64,000 nt of DNA from Octopus sinensis (lineage: Eukaryota): assembly GCF_006345805.1 (NCBI RefSeq), contig NC_043000.1:20770001-20834000 (forward strand), read 5' to 3'. Of this stretch, positions 25,455-39,444 are shown piece by piece (positions within the stretch are counted from its first letter, which is position 1; the number at the start of each line of letters is the position of its first letter). Position numbers and translations under genes: made by a program. The notes beneath the pieces are model-generated. The model was not told the DNA's origin, searched no databases, and saw nothing but the letters and a program-made list of their open reading frames with translations.

Positions 25455-25856
25455 ACTTGTGCCCGTGCTAGTTGAGTGCTAAACGCACCATCCAAGTGTG
25501 ATCGTTGCCAGAGCGGCCAACAGGCTTCCGTGCTGGTGGCACGTAAAAGGGCACCATTCGAGCATGATCGTTACCAGCGTCGCCTTATTGGCACCTGTGC
25601 TGGTGGCATGTGTAAAAAGATTTGAGCGAGGTCATTACCAGTACCGCCTGACTGGCCCCCATGCCGGTGGCATGTAAAAAGCACCCACTACACTCTCGGA
25701 GTGGTTGGCGTTAGGAAGGGCATCCAGCTGTAGAAACGCTGCCAGATCAAGCTTGGAGCCTGGTGCAGCCATCTGGTTCGCCAGCCCTCAGTCAAAATCG
25801 TCCAACCCATGCTAGCATGGAAAGCGGACGTTAAACGATGATGACAATGATGATGA
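25455..25856 (+). mobile_element. RTE 3'UTR copy with about 4 subrepeats
   Basis: Same organisation as the other UTR copies. Confidence 0.87.
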
Positions 25857-27934
25857 CAAACCCTTGACATCCAACTTCAATTGGAACCTTTCGCTAATCT
25901 GATATTTTCACTCATATCAGTGGGGTCAGCCGGTGCACATTGATGCTGTCAAGAAGTAGGACCTGAAACAGTGCACATTCTCTCCTGATGATTCCATATA
26001 CTTCCTGGCTTCCAGTATGTGGAGTTCACAACTGGTAGCACTTGCATGTGCAAGTTGTTTGCAAAACACCTAATATTTAATTATAAAAACATAACATGGA
26101 TTTTTTAAACTTCAAATGGTTATGAGACTCCATCTGAGTGAAAGAGAAATTCAAAGGGGCCCACAGGGGAAAAAATGGTTCAGAACCATTACACTAAATG
26201 GTCACTTGACCTGCTAAATATTGCAGCCAAATCTCCCTTTAATCACACCACTAAATCTTATATAAAAGCACATAATGGCGGTGCCCCAGCAAATGGCGGT
26301 GCCCCAGCATGGCCACAGCTCATTAGCTGAAACTGGAAAAATCAAATTAAATTATGTACTCTTTCATAACTCTAAAAAGTTGGTATGGTTATGGCTTCAA
26401 TCAGGGTTGACTGCTATTGCATGAAACCCACAAGTTGTCTTCCTAGAATTTCAGTGGGGTAGCAAGGGGGTGCGGCAGTGTGGAGGGTGCAAGGCAGGTG
26501 CTGTTTGATTTTCCATGTAAAACAAGAGCCTGGGTGTCTCAGTATTAGACTACTGTGATTCTGGTATTTATGTAGTCAAGACTTTGTATAAATAACTGCT
26601 TTTGGAGATATCTTTTACGTGGCAGGAAATAATATTCTTCCTAATTCCTAATTAAGATTTCAACATTTCAGAAAGTATTATCATTTACTGGCGCCACCAA
26701 AGACTGAAGCCAGGGTTCATTTAGTTATTCCACATTACTGATATCACTATCGACATTAATTCTTCCTGGCATTCTGTCAGTTATGATGACAAGTGTTCCA
26801 GTTAATCCAATCAATAGAACAGCCTGCTCATTAAATTAATGTGCAAGTTATTAAGCATTCCACAAACATGTGTACCCTTAACACAGTTCTCATCGAGATT
26901 CAGCCTGACACAGAATAGGACAAAGCTGACCCTTTGAATTACACATACAACTCATTTTCACCAGCTGATTGGACTGGTGCAATGAGAAATAAAGTGTGTT
27001 ACTCAAGGGCATAATACACAACCAGGAATTGAACTCATGACCTTATGTTTGTGAGCCGAATACACCTAACCACTAAGCCATGCGCCTTCACTTCAACATT
27101 AATTATCTGTTATCCTATGTTGGTGTAAGTTGGATAAGTTTATAGCCAAACATATTTCCATACCTTCCATTTCTGAAACTCAAAGTTCTCAAATCTGATT
27201 GTCCCCAATCTATTCAGGTCTTCCTTTAGTCTGTCTTCACAATATGTACCACTAACTCAAACACACCCAACCCATTTCCATTCTCTGTAGAAATCTATAA
27301 TTTGAAGTGCCACATTCTTAGATATTGATTTGTATCTAAGAATATGGCACTCCAAATTATAGATTTCTACAGAGAAAATTATATTTTCACTTAAAATATA
27401 CACAAAATAATGTTGAAATTGAAGTCGTGTGTCCTTTTCAATTCCAACAGCAACTCAAATGATTCATTTACTAAATTTATATTTTATTATTATGACTAAC
27501 ATAAACTGGTACCATGCCAAAATTAAATTCCTTCCATTTACTGCATCAAAACCAACTTTCTATAGTTGCACTGGACTAATATTCTGAAACTAACTGAATA
27601 TGAAATTGAAATAAAATTATATTATTCCTAGAAATTTCATATTACTTCTAATCCTGTCTGTGAAAAACCAAGATTAATTTATATTATGGAGAGAAAAAGT
27701 GTCCAAGAAAACTAATAGTAGTAATCTACCTCATGAAGTTCATGGAATAAGGTTAGTTTGTATGCCATAAGAATTCAACATTCCAAGATTAACACTTCAT
27801 CTGAGAAAGAAAAATAAGTAAATAAAATTTTAAGTTTTAGATGTTTTCTCACTCTCAGACATTCCTCAAACATCAGATTCTACTTCTTCCTATGGCATAC
27901 AAATTATCCAAGCTCACAAAGAATACTAGGAAAA

Positions 27935-28257
27935 TTGGCTCCTGTGCTGGTGGTACATAGAACGCACCATCCGAATGTGGCCAATGCCAGTAGCCCCTGA
28001 CTGCCCCCCCCATGCCAGTGGCACGTAAAACGCACTATCCAAACATGATCGATGCCAGGCCTGCTTCACTGGCTCTTGTGCCAGTGACATGTAAAAAGCA
28101 CCCACTACACTCTCAGGGTTGTTGGCATTAGGAAGGGCATCCAGCTCTAGAAACATAGCCAGATCAGAGTGGAGCCTGGCGCAGCTGCTGGCTTTCCAGA
28201 CCTCAGTCAAACCATCCAACCCATGCCAGCATGGAAAGCAGATATTGATGATGATGC
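27935..28257 (+). mobile_element. RTE 3'UTR copy
   Basis: Same organisation as the other UTR copies. Confidence 0.82.
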
Positions 28258-28578
28258 TACTGAGGGTGGTGGTGGTTTTATTTATGACTAGAAATATACA
28301 TCAGTCATTGGAAGTTTTATTAAAAATGTAACTTGTTTACCATAAAATTATCAGGTAATGTCAGAATCTGAAATCTCTTGAGGACTTTCCAATGAAATGT
28401 TTTACTTGAAATGTCAATTTTCGATGTTTGTGACCATTACTTGATACAGAATGGTACCATATCCACAGTGTTTACTCAATTCCTTACAAACCAGTGTCAA
28501 GCCCATTAAACTGTAGGTGTGTATTAAAGAACATCTTGATATAACTTCAAAATATACAATCTTCTTGTATTTCTATAG

Positions 28579-28738
28579 GTTTGTACATGTCAGGTTACCC
28601 AAAGAGGCCAAGACTGACAGTACACGTTTCCGCTGGTGGCAACCAATGCATTCAGGAAAAGGTACTGATCAGTGGGCAGTAGATGGTATTTACATTGGGT
28701 TCTACGAAAAGTTAACCACTCTACAAGATAACTTCAAC
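28579..28738 (+). CDS. RELN: Reelin-like exon 7 (160 nt, phase 2-0)
   Basis: ttctatag| and |gtaagt. [40 protein letters not shown]...LQDNFN. Confidence 0.94.
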
Positions 28739-29856
28739 GTAAGTTAAATATTTTAACCCATTTGTTTTGTTATTAATAACTCACTTTGTTATATGTAGAT
28801 AATAGCTTTTTGGTTGTTATCTAGGTTTACTCTAAGGCCTTGGATTATTTCAGCTTTTAACTAGATATAAATCTCTGGAACAGCTACCGACCCTACATAA
28901 AACATAGATTTATATATGGTTCACATATCTGGAATGCCTTCATCTTCACCATTCTATTTCTGTAGCTGGTGTTCCCACATAGAACCATGCCAAAATTAGG
29001 ATATATGTGCAAGATGTATTCCTCCAACATATCTAGGTGGGAATAAGAACTCACTTAAACCCTAAGAATTCAGCCAACCCCATATCAGCATAGAAAGCAG
29101 TTAGATGACAATGATGGTGATGGCAGTGGTAGTGGTGATGGCGATGCTGATGGTTATTGTGATGAGAATATTTTTCATGTTTGCACATATTAAATAGGTT
29201 TTACAGCATTTCACCATCTGTAGGGAATCTTCCTCACGTGGCCCAATCAACAAAAGAGAAAGCCACCAATCATTGTTCTGGATTTTTTCTGGTTTTTTTC
29301 TAGACAGATGTTCTTCCTATCACCAACCACTTTATAGTATGTACTAAAAACATTATTTCATTGTGCTTGCGTAGAGAGGTTGACTGTAACAAGAGTAAAA
29401 GGTACCTGCAATCCTGTATTAAATTGCTACTGCTCTCCTCAATGGTTTGCATTCAGGACCTACATCATCAACTCCTAGACATTACCGTCTTAAGTCCCAA
29501 GATGCATAGGACCACATAATCTGATTTCCATGGCATATAAGTGTCTGAGATCATGGCATTTCACCTGAAAGGGATACCAGTCCATTTCAGGGGTTACTCA
29601 TTTATAGTTGAATAAAGTGTTTTGCTCAGGAACACAATACCCCACCCAGACAATGAATTGATCATGGGTGCATCACCCTAACCACTAGATAACACACCTT
29701 CACATCTACTTTGTACAAATAAATTTTAATTATAGCCAATACTTTCTTTCTAAACATCTATAATATGTATTTTTTATTCATATTGTGCCAGTATATTAAT
29801 TTACCCTTTTAAAATTTCTGAAATATTAACCTATAAACTTTTTTGTAAATCTCCAG

Positions 29857-30027
29857 AGATTATCTGATCTGTATACACTTGGCCCTTGGCTCACAGTAAC
29901 AGATGGTGTCAATGGTATGTACTGCAAAAGCAATAGTTCTGCACTTATCTTAGCTAACCAAGAAAATGATAAACTTATAATTACAAAAGACATGAACCTG
30001 AAGGAAGGAGACACCATTCAGTTTAAG
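29857..30027 (+). CDS. RELN: Reelin-like exon 8 (171 nt, phase 0-0)
   Basis: ctccag| and |gtatga. RLSDLYTLGPWLTVTDGVNGMYCKSNSSALILANQENDKLIITKDMNLKEGDTIQFK. Not in the ORF track. Confidence 0.88.
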
Positions 30028-32002
30028 GTATGAGTTTTTTTTTGTTTTTTTTCCATCAAACTAAATATATTTTTGTTCATTCACATTCATTTTAATTATG
30101 TAATCTTAATTAAAAATAAAAAGAGCTAAGTGAAATTATTCAGGTGAGCCAAAGACATGAATTTATTAAATAAGTCCAGAGGTTATGTACTGAATGCATT
30201 TGCACAAAAACATTCTAAATTGAAATTTTCCTTTCAGTTAATTAACGAAAACAAAAACCTAGAGGACATTATTAACAATTCTCAAAGAAAATGGGATGTA
30301 ATTTTCATAAAATAAGAATTTATTTACCAAAGTTAATTTGCACACTTTACATAATGTTTGTGAGCAAAAAACAACTGTGGACCTGTTTCTGTCTATAAGA
30401 CTATGTCAACATAGTTTAGTCTCCTCACACCTATTTGATCAGTAAACCAAAACTTTTTACATAGAAAAACAATATTAGAAATAACTTCTGGCTAGTATGA
30501 TTTGCATAATTAATTTTTTTTTTAATTATGCAGATTATACAGGCTCAAGTTTTTTTATGTATCTTTTTCCAATAAAAATCTTTGTTAGTTGATCAAGTAA
30601 GCTTGAGTTGATTACAAGGTCTGTCTATAATGAAACTAAGCCTTTTTATGAAAAAGAAAAAAACCTTATTGCTTTACTTACAGTTGAATCAGACTTGGCC
30701 CACTTAAAAGGATTCTCCTTACTCATGACACACTATTCCCAATGTCGCCAGTAGTTTTTCCAGTTTTGGAACAAACCTGGAACATGTGTGCTGAGACAGT
30801 ATCCAGTTTTGTTTGTGAATTTTTTTCAACCTCTTCTATCATCTGAAACTGGGAAGGATTTCAACTTTAAGAACAAAATCCACAGTGGCCAATATATAGC
30901 CTAGTGGTTACAGTGTTGCACTCACAATCACTAGATCATGGGTTCAATTCCCAGACTAGGCTGTGCATTGTGTTCTTGAGCCAAACACTTCATTTCATTT
31001 AGCTCTAGTTCCCCTTTTGATGAAGGGGGAATGTTGGCCTGCTCACCTATCACATAGAATGCCACCTTCCAAAGGCTAAAGCGCATTGTGACCATTGATA
31101 TGTAGCAACATCTGATAGTTTGGTTGGTCATGTGGTCACATTATATATACGTGTGTGTGTGTGTGTATATATAAATCACATATGACAGGTTTCTACTTTA
31201 TTTCTTTTTTCTTTATTGCCCTTAATGGTCTAAACATAGAGGGGACGAACAAGGATAGACAAAGGGATTAAGTCGATTACATTGACCCCAGTGCATAACT
31301 GGTACTTAATTTATCGACCCTGAAAGGATGAAAGGCAAAGTCGACCTTGGTGGAATTTGAACTCAGAACGTAAAGACAGACAAAATACCGCTAAGCATTT
31401 CGCCCAGCGTGCTAACATTTCTGCCAGCTTGCCGCCTTTATAATATACTCTACTCTACTTCTGCTCTATTTCTGCCTACCAAATTCACTCACAAGGCATT
31501 GATTGGCCCAGGGCTATAGAAGACACTTGGCCAAGATGTCATGCAATGGGACTGAACCCAGAACCAGGTGGTTGCAAAACAAGCTTCTTGACCAAACAGC
31601 CTTCGTGCACCTGTGACTTTTTAAAATTTATTCTCTTTTTATATAATGGCAGAACATCATCTAAACTTACTCGATCACCAAGCAACATGAATGAATTTAA
31701 GTAACAGGAATACAGTACAGAAATAGTAGCAAAATGAAGTGCAAAAACTGAAACCTAACATTTTAGTGGTGGCAAAGAAAAGTTAAGAAACGCATAAAAC
31801 ATTGTTATTAAAAATAGCTGTTTATTTCGGAACTCATGAAATTCAGTTTTAAATAGTAAACATGAAGGATTTTTTTAGCAATTTCTTTTTCTGGTTTTTA
31901 TGTGTGTGCTTTCTTTAGAATTTGAGAATTTACTATAAAACTTTTCAATACTTTTTTACAGAAAAAAACTTCTTCGTGAATTGCTTGTCTCTCTCTTTAC
32001 AG

Positions 32003-32217
32003 ATTAATGTCGACTGTAATAAAAAATTTCAATGGGACCATCCTGTATGGTTTCAATACAGTCATGATAATGGAAATTCCTGGAAATTGGTATCTAGCCA
32101 ATGCTATGATGAAGGTGAATGTGGTGGTGAGTTAACAGAGGGAACTATTTACCATTCTGGTACCTATGGTGACTGGAGATTAGTTGTAATTCCTGTAAGA
32201 GAAGAAATAGCATCCAG
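32003..32217 (+). CDS. RELN: Reelin-like exon 9 (215 nt, phase 0-2)
   Basis: ctctttacag| and |gtataa. INVDCNKKFQWDHPVWFQYSHDNGNSWKLV...TIYHSGTYGDWRLVVIP. Confidence 0.93.
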
Positions 32218-33159
32218 GTATAAATAAATAGCTTTTAAACATTTCGCATCTAAATTTTTGAAATAAGTTATTGTTAGTGCAATAGTAATTCTTCAAACGT
32301 TTAACCCCGTTTTTAGAGAGAAAAAATATTTTAATATTTATATCATAATATTCATTCATTTATTCATTTTATGCCCATTTATCCCATGCTGATCTGGGAT
32401 GGACAAATACATGTTGTGTAGGCATTGTTTTACTGTCAAATACTCTTCCTGTTGCTATCCATTGTCTGCCTTTCAAGAAAGGGAATTTCTATCCTAGTTG
32501 TCTTTGAAAGGGCAGGGTACATAATGAATTTTGATAGGTAATGTCAACAAGCATCACTGATTTTTAGCTGAGTGCTTTCATGGAAAGCACAGAATCTAAT
32601 CATTCACACAGATGAGCATATGTGCACATGCATACACACACACACACGTGTGCATAGACGTGTATGCATCATGGGCTTTCAAACAGTTTCTGATTACTTA
32701 TAAATAGCCGAAGGTTATAACAGGAGACACTTACCCAAGGTGACAAACTGTGAGATAAAAATTTAACAACAACAAACATAAAAGAGGAAGTGTTTGTGTA
32801 GTCATTCAACTTGCTAGAAATACCAACCAAATTTCCTTCAAATTGCACTTTATTTTTTAAAAAGTGAAAGATGTAGTAGATAACGTAGCTGTCACAATTA
32901 GAATGCCTCTGACCATGGGGTTTACCCAGTCAGGTCTGACTTGGAGCTAAACATCTTAATGTCATTACACTCACCATTTATGAAGCTTCTTTTATTCTAC
33001 TTTGGTATGATTTGTCCTTCAACATCCTGCAACAATCTCATTAATGAAATATCATTAAATACCTCATTAAGGAATTGTCTGAAAGGTATAGTTTTGACCA
33101 AATATTGTTTAGATATTAAATATATAGATATCTAACTTTCATTCCCTTCAACGTTGCTA

Positions 33160-33490
33160 TGAGTGTTATACCATTTGTATGATGTGGAAAATATTCCAGC
33201 AGTATTGCCCAATTGATGCTGGCATTAACTTTAGAATTTCCCCAAGGCTTGGTCCCCATGCCATCTGTCCTCTACAAAAGTCATGTTCGTGTCGCATCAC
33301 AACACTAAGACAGATCTATTTCAGTTCAACTGGCCCTGCTGTCTTTAACATCATGCCAAGTCATACAAGAGAAGAAAAAGATCTTAAAATATTCTAACAG
33401 GTCCTGGATGAATATCTCCATTGAATTCCAGATAAACCACCTACACCCAAACATATCTCTGCAAACAATAACTCTTTACTTGAATGAGCT
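33160..33490 (+). mobile_element. Degraded C-terminus of a second CR1/L2-group LINE
   Basis: WKI...R.G...TLR..F...GP..FN..P...LD..L..IPD.P...NSL pattern, interrupted by stops. Confidence 0.65.
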
Positions 33491-33589
33491 ATGCTGTCCA
33501 AAGAATGACTAACATGAAACATCATGAAATGTTTTTTCCAAGTGTTACTATTATGTTAGACTTGACCAGGGCTAGTACTTTGATAAGTT

Positions 33590-33980
33590 TTGACCACAAT
33601 TTGCCCAGTGTTGATCGGGTTTGTTTCGACCCTTTAGAATTGGAATTTTTGAAAAGTTAAAATTTTGCATTATGTAGCTTGATATTCTCTTTAAGTGAAC
33701 ATTCTTCTTGTTGAAATACACAGAAAAAGGTGACACAGCAGTCAAAAAATCGTAAAAAATAGGTATTTTCATAGAAAAAGAGCACCTTTTTGATGTAAAT
33801 AATTTTCGGTGTTAACATGGTCCGATTTGAACTTTTTCTTCTACGGAAGGAAGAGCAAGCCTTTTTCTATCATACTCTCAATTTTGGTCAACTTGCACTG
33901 CAGGGTCTCGGAGGAGATAGTGTTAGTTGAAGGCTACCAAACCTGCCATACACAGACAACTTCAGCTTTATATAGAGAGA
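33590..33980 (-). mobile_element. Related Helitron-like element with a degraded 3' end
   Basis: The 5' end resembles the other two copies (acaacttcagctttatatagagaga on +). Hairpin remnant cccagtgttgatcggg. Confidence 0.6.
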
Positions 33981-34066
33981 TATATATGTATGTATGTATT
34001 GAAATATGTATGACAAAACCTGAAGCAATACAGCTTTTTTTTAACCAAGTCTCTCTTACCTATCAG

Positions 34067-34227
34067 ACCAGTTTTGTTCCGTTGGTGGCAACGTGGAGGA
34101 ACAGCCCATAGCTTTGCTCTTGATGATGTCTACATTGGTCCTTCATGCCTTGATCGATGTAATCGAAATGGTATATGTCAGTCCCAACATCGATCAGTAG
34201 AATGCAAATGTGAAGAAGGCACACAAG
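34067..34227 (+). CDS. RELN: Reelin-like exon 10 (161 nt, phase 2-1), EGF module
   Basis: cctatcag| and |gtaatt. PVLFRWWQRGGTAHSFALDDVYIGPSCLDRCNRNGICQSQHRSVECKCEEGTQ. Confidence 0.92.
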
Positions 34228-34304
34228 GTAATTCTTTTAATTTATAATTAATTCACTTTCCAAATAATTATCTAACCAACTGAATTATCAGAATGCTTAA
34301 ATGA

Positions 34305-34670
34305 TGATGATCATCATCAACATCATTTAACGTCTGTTTTCCATGCTAGCATGAGTTGGATGATTTGACTGGGGTCTGGGAAGCCAGGAGGCTGCACCAG
34401 GCTCCAGTCTGATCTGGCAGTGTTTCTACAGCTGGATGCCCTTCCTAATGCCAACCACTCTGTGAGTGTAGTGGGTGCTTTTTACGTGCTACCGGCACAG
34501 GTGCCAGGGGAGGCGGGCAACAGCCACGATCGGTTGGTGCTTTTTACGTGCCACCGGCATGGAAGCCAGTCAAGGCGGTGCTGGCATCGGCCACGTACAG
34601 ATGGTGCTTTTTATGTGCCACTGGCACAGGTACATTCCACCGGCACAGTGATTACATGCCACCAGCACAG
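34305..34670 (-). mobile_element. RTE 3'UTR copy just downstream of exon 10
   Basis: (CAT)n tail, terminal block and subrepeats. Confidence 0.85.
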
Positions 34671-34835
34671 ATTTTTACTAAAATCTTTACTAAAATATAT
34701 AAATATTCAACTTATGTATCTATTTCAATAATTAGAATATTTAGAATATTCTACATTTCCTACAGAATATAAAGCTGTAAAATACTAACTATATTGTCTC
34801 TAATTTACTTGTGATTAACCCTTAATTTGATTTAA

Positions 34836-35054
34836 CCCTTTAGCATTTAAACTAGCTGTATCTGGCTCAAATATTCTACATGTTTTATGCCCAGGCCAGC
34901 CAGATCTGGTCTTTTACACTTACCCTACAATGTCATTTTAAAAGTAAGCAATCACATTATTGAAATCTTGAAGCAGTGAGATAATGTGTGATAAATTCAA
35001 ACAATGAGAATAAATATATATTACGTTTGACAGAGTGATCTGAATGCTAAAGAG
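34836..35054. mobile_element. piggyBac-type MITE (219 bp)
   Basis: TTAA|ccctttagcatt...aatgctaaagag|TTAA, with an 11/12 TIR match. Confidence 0.82.
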
Positions 35055-36324
35055 TTAAACTGTGGCCAAAACCAACTTTTAAAAATAGTGGAAGATCTTT
35101 GTGAAAGAAATCATTTATTGAATAATTAATTCCTAGATTTCAGTGTGTTCTACAGGCCTGGCAATTGACTTCATCTTAACATGTGTATTGAGGTGGAGAA
35201 AAATTACATTCTGGAAGTCATGATAGTCATTTAAAACACTTGTTATACCGTTTTAATGAGTATTAGACAGGTCATCAATTTAAAAATCTGATAAAGAGTT
35301 AGGGTATTTAGGCTGATAAAAATATTTCAATCACCCATTTTTCAAAATAAGACAAATATGCATGAAGAAATTAGATTAATGCCATGAGAAACATTAACAT
35401 AGTTTTTTAAAAAAATAGGAAATCTCTTCAACTGTAACTACTCTACTTATTCATAGAGTAAACATCTGGGTTTATACAGGTAATTAGTTTGCTTACCAAC
35501 CACATGGTTCCGGGTTCAGTCCCACTGCATGCCACTTTGGGCAAGTGTCTTTTACTATTGCCTCAGGCTGACCAAAGCCTTGAGAGTGGATTTGGTAGAC
35601 GGAAACTGGAAAGAAGCCCATTGTATATATATGTGTATGTGTTTTTCCCCCCAACATCGCTTGACAACCAATGCTGGTGTGTTTACATCCCCATAACTTA
35701 GCAGTTTGGCAAAAGAGACAGATAGAATAAGTACTACAAAGAATAAGTCCTGGGGTCGATTTGCTCGACCAAAGGCGGTGCTCCAGCATGGCCACAGTTA
35801 AATGACTGAAACAAGTAAAAGACTAAAAGAGACTAAACAGGGAATACACATATTACTAACACAGCTTTTTCAACCAAATACTACCACTACAAATTTTGGA
35901 GTCTAATGAATATCAGAATAAATTAAGCATATGAATACTTAAGTATTTGGCATGTTTATAACATTGTTTTGTATTTAGAAGAAAATATAAGTGTGAATTG
36001 GAGTTATCAAGAACAAAATAACAATCAAATTCTTCCTTTTTTTTGGCGGCAGCAAGAAATCCAATGTCTCATAACTGAAAACATTGTAGATAAATTTTGC
36101 ATTTATCCAATAAAATTGCAGCTAATAAGTAACAAAACAGTTTTATATGAATGTGAAGGAAATGATTTTAAATGCTATTATGTATATGCTAGCAGTTTGC
36201 CTGATGGGGAAAAAAAAAAGATATGGAAGAATAACAGCATCAGAATATGCTACACTTTTTCATTCACTTTTGTTACATTTCTTAATAGTATTGCTTGCTG
36301 TAAATCTCTAACTATTGTCTGTTA

Positions 36325-36950
36325 TCATCATCATTTGAAGTCCATATTTTCATTGCTTGTATAGGTTTGTCTTACGTGTACAGGTCTTGTTTCATGCAAT
36401 ATCTTATCACTTGTTGTGGGCTCTTGCCATCTTCATGAGAGTCTCTTAAGATTAGCCTTCATCACATCTTCACATGCATTCTTTGACCTTTCTCATGTCC
36501 ATTTTCATTCCACTTGGATTACTTGGTACGTTTTTACCAATCAGTCATTCTCCATACACATCACATATCTGTACAAGCACATTATAACTGATATGCTTAG
36601 CCTTCTTTCCAAATCATTCATGATCTCGTCTTCATACATTCTAACATGCCACACCCAATGAAGCATGCCCACCTCATTTTTTCCTCCTCACACTTCACAC
36701 TCAGTACTCATGTTTCCCTACTATTCAATATTACACTACATACATATGCATCATATAATCTACCCTTAACTCAGAAGGAAAGACCTTTTATTGCCAGTAA
36801 AGGTAAAAGATCTCTAAACTTTCTATACCCTGGTCTTACTCTATTATGCATTCAGAACACCTGCCTTCACTGTTGTTTATGCCACTTAGGTAACAGAGGT
36901 TGTCAACTAATTTTTTGGTATTTGAAGAATTTCATTTCATTGATACTCTC
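36325..36950 (-). mobile_element. Old degraded RTE 3' portion
   Basis: Similar to the 54500-55000 part of the long RTE (aatctacccttaactcagaaggaaagaccttt). Boundaries approximate. Confidence 0.75.
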
Positions 36951-36970
36951 ACTTCTAACTATTCCTATAC

Positions 36971-38955
36971 ATCAGAAAAAGAAGAACCGCCCCAAAAGGG
37001 CAATTTGGGAAACTTCAGCGGTCCGACTTGCCAGGAAGGAACGTCGGACTGCTGAACGGGAATACAAGTTGCATAAATCAGACACCAACAGGAAGAAGCG
37101 GAATAAATCTTCCAACCATCTCAAGCAAGTGACAAAAAAAGCAGTGCTTGAATTTGAACAGTGCATAGCAGCCAATCCTGACAGCAAGGTTTTCTGGAAA
37201 TATGTGCATTCAAAGCAGAGACCTCACTCTCCAGTGGGCCCTCTTCGCAACCCTCACACAAACCAGATCACTGACGACCCCAAGGAATGCGCAGAACTCA
37301 TTGCCGAGTGCTATGCAAACATATTCACTGTTGAAAGTCAAAATGTACCATCTTCACCATCACTAACAGCAAATTCCATAACAACTATGGAATTTACACC
37401 TGCAATGCTGCGACGTCACCTTCAAAATAAGCGCAACTATGCCTCCCCTGGTCTCGATGGAGTTACATACCTGCTTCTCAAATGTGGCAGGTACTTCCTT
37501 TTACACCAGCTTTCTATTTTCTTCCAGTACTGTCTCGACAATGGTGCTACTCCGGAGCAGTGGAAAACTGCCAGTGTCATTCCTCTGTTCAAAAAGGGCA
37601 ACCGCACATCACCTGCCAACTATCGCCCAGTCAGTCTCACTAGCTGTATTGCAAAACTGATGGAATCGTGTGTCAGAGAAACACTCTGGAACTTCTGGAG
37701 CTCTCACAGTCTCATCCGACCCTCACAATATGGATTTGTCCCTAACTCCAGCTGCAGTGATCAGCTTGTCGAGTTCCTTGAGGACATTACTCAGATCACT
37801 GACAGTGGCTCATGGGTGGATGTTGTCTACCTTGACTTTGCTAAGGCTTTCAACTCTGTGCCACACAAAAGGCTTATGGTGAAACTCTCTGCAATGGGTG
37901 TGAGGGATGACCTTTTTAACTGGTTGAAATCCTTCATTCTCAGCCAAAAGGAGGTAGTCACAGTTCTAGGACAGCATTCTACACCATATGAGATGTCATC
38001 GGGTGTACCACAGGGATCTGTCCTTGGTCCCCTCTTGTTTGTGGCATACATTAATGACATAGATGCCAATTTAAAGAATGCCACAGTATTGAAATATGCA
38101 GACGACATCAAGCTGTACCTTGAAATCAAGAGGACAGATCCTGATGTCTACAACTCTTTCCTGCAATCAGACCTAGACACAATGCAGCAATGGATCACAG
38201 ACTGGCAACTGAAACTGGCTGTGGACAAGTGTACCACCATGCATTTTGGGAGAAAAAACCCTGCGTCCACATACTCCCTCCACAACACTGATATCAAGAA
38301 ATCCTCTTGCGAGCATCACTAGGCATCACTGTCAGCAGTGATTTGCGTTGGACAAAGCATATCTCTAAAATTGTCAAGAAGGCCGAGGGTGTCTTGGCAT
38401 CACTCAGCAAGACTTTTGTTAGCCGCTCTCCAGCCATCTATTTAAAACTGTATACAGCTATGGTACGACCACACTTGGAATTCGCATCATCAGTTTGGAA
38501 CCCCTATCTTGCTCAGAACATTGACCTCCTGGAATCTGTCCAGAGACGTGCAACCAAACGCATACCCTCCATCAGACACCTACCATATTCTGAGCGCCTT
38601 GTTTCCCTGGGAATGGATTCACTGAAGCTCCGGCGTCTGGCGACGGACTCGGTAGACACCCACAAAGTTATCAACCACCTCACCAACAACAACACTGAAC
38701 ACCTTTTTGATCTCCATGTGTCTAACACACGTGGACATGCCTACAAAGTCAGAAAACAACACAGCTCCCATGACTTTTGGAAACATTTTTTCACGCTCAG
38801 AGTTGCTGAAGCATGGAATAAACTGCCTGCGTCAGTTGTTGACTGCCATGACACTGCATCCTTTAAGGCCCTCATGCTTTCCGAAATCCGTCGAAACTAC
38901 ACCTGATTATATATACACTTTAGATGAGTTGTAGTGCACCTGAGCACTATACACA

Positions 38956-39026
<71 letters not shown>
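36971..39026 (+). mobile_element. 5'-truncated CR1/L2-group LINE with (TAT)n tail
   Basis: RT motifs QYGF, VVYLDFAKAFNSVPH, GVPQGSVLGP and YADD. C-terminal motifs ERDLG-like, RPHLEFASSVW and LESVQRRATK. A single apparent 1-nt deletion near 38317 shifts the frame. Tail is about 38957-39026. Confidence 0.92.
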
Positions 39027-39383
39027 CATCAGCTACATATGAAGCTCTTTTCACCTATAGTTTATATTCAGGTCACTATAAGGAATTTCTACCAGTTTTC
39101 CACATCTCAAGCACTTGACTACTTCCAGGATGAGTTTTGTCTTCTTTCCTGTAAATCAAACATTTTTGACTTTACTGGTCTTACTTTAAGACTGTCTGAT
39201 TTTAGGCTTTGCTGCCATGTATGGAATTTCTCTCCTAATTCCCTAATTCTTCAACATATGTGACTGCAAGATCTTTGTGTACAAAAGTTCCTGCCAGCAG
39301 CTGCTTTTAAACTTCCCTTTTATGGCTGGGAATAAGGCCAGAATACCTCACATCACAGAACACTGACAAATCTCTTTCAGCTT

Positions 39384-39444
<61 letters not shown>

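Noticed and set aside
26274-26309. 18-bp tandem duplication aatggcggtgccccagca
   Set aside because: Simple slippage inside a SINE tail remnant.
35969-36364. 131-aa sense ORF in intron 10
   Set aside because: AT-rich, with no recognisable motif and no convincing splice pair.
36646-36970. N-terminal 108 aa of the 558-aa ORF
   Set aside because: Chance open frame across an antisense RTE remnant. LINE similarity starts near 36971.
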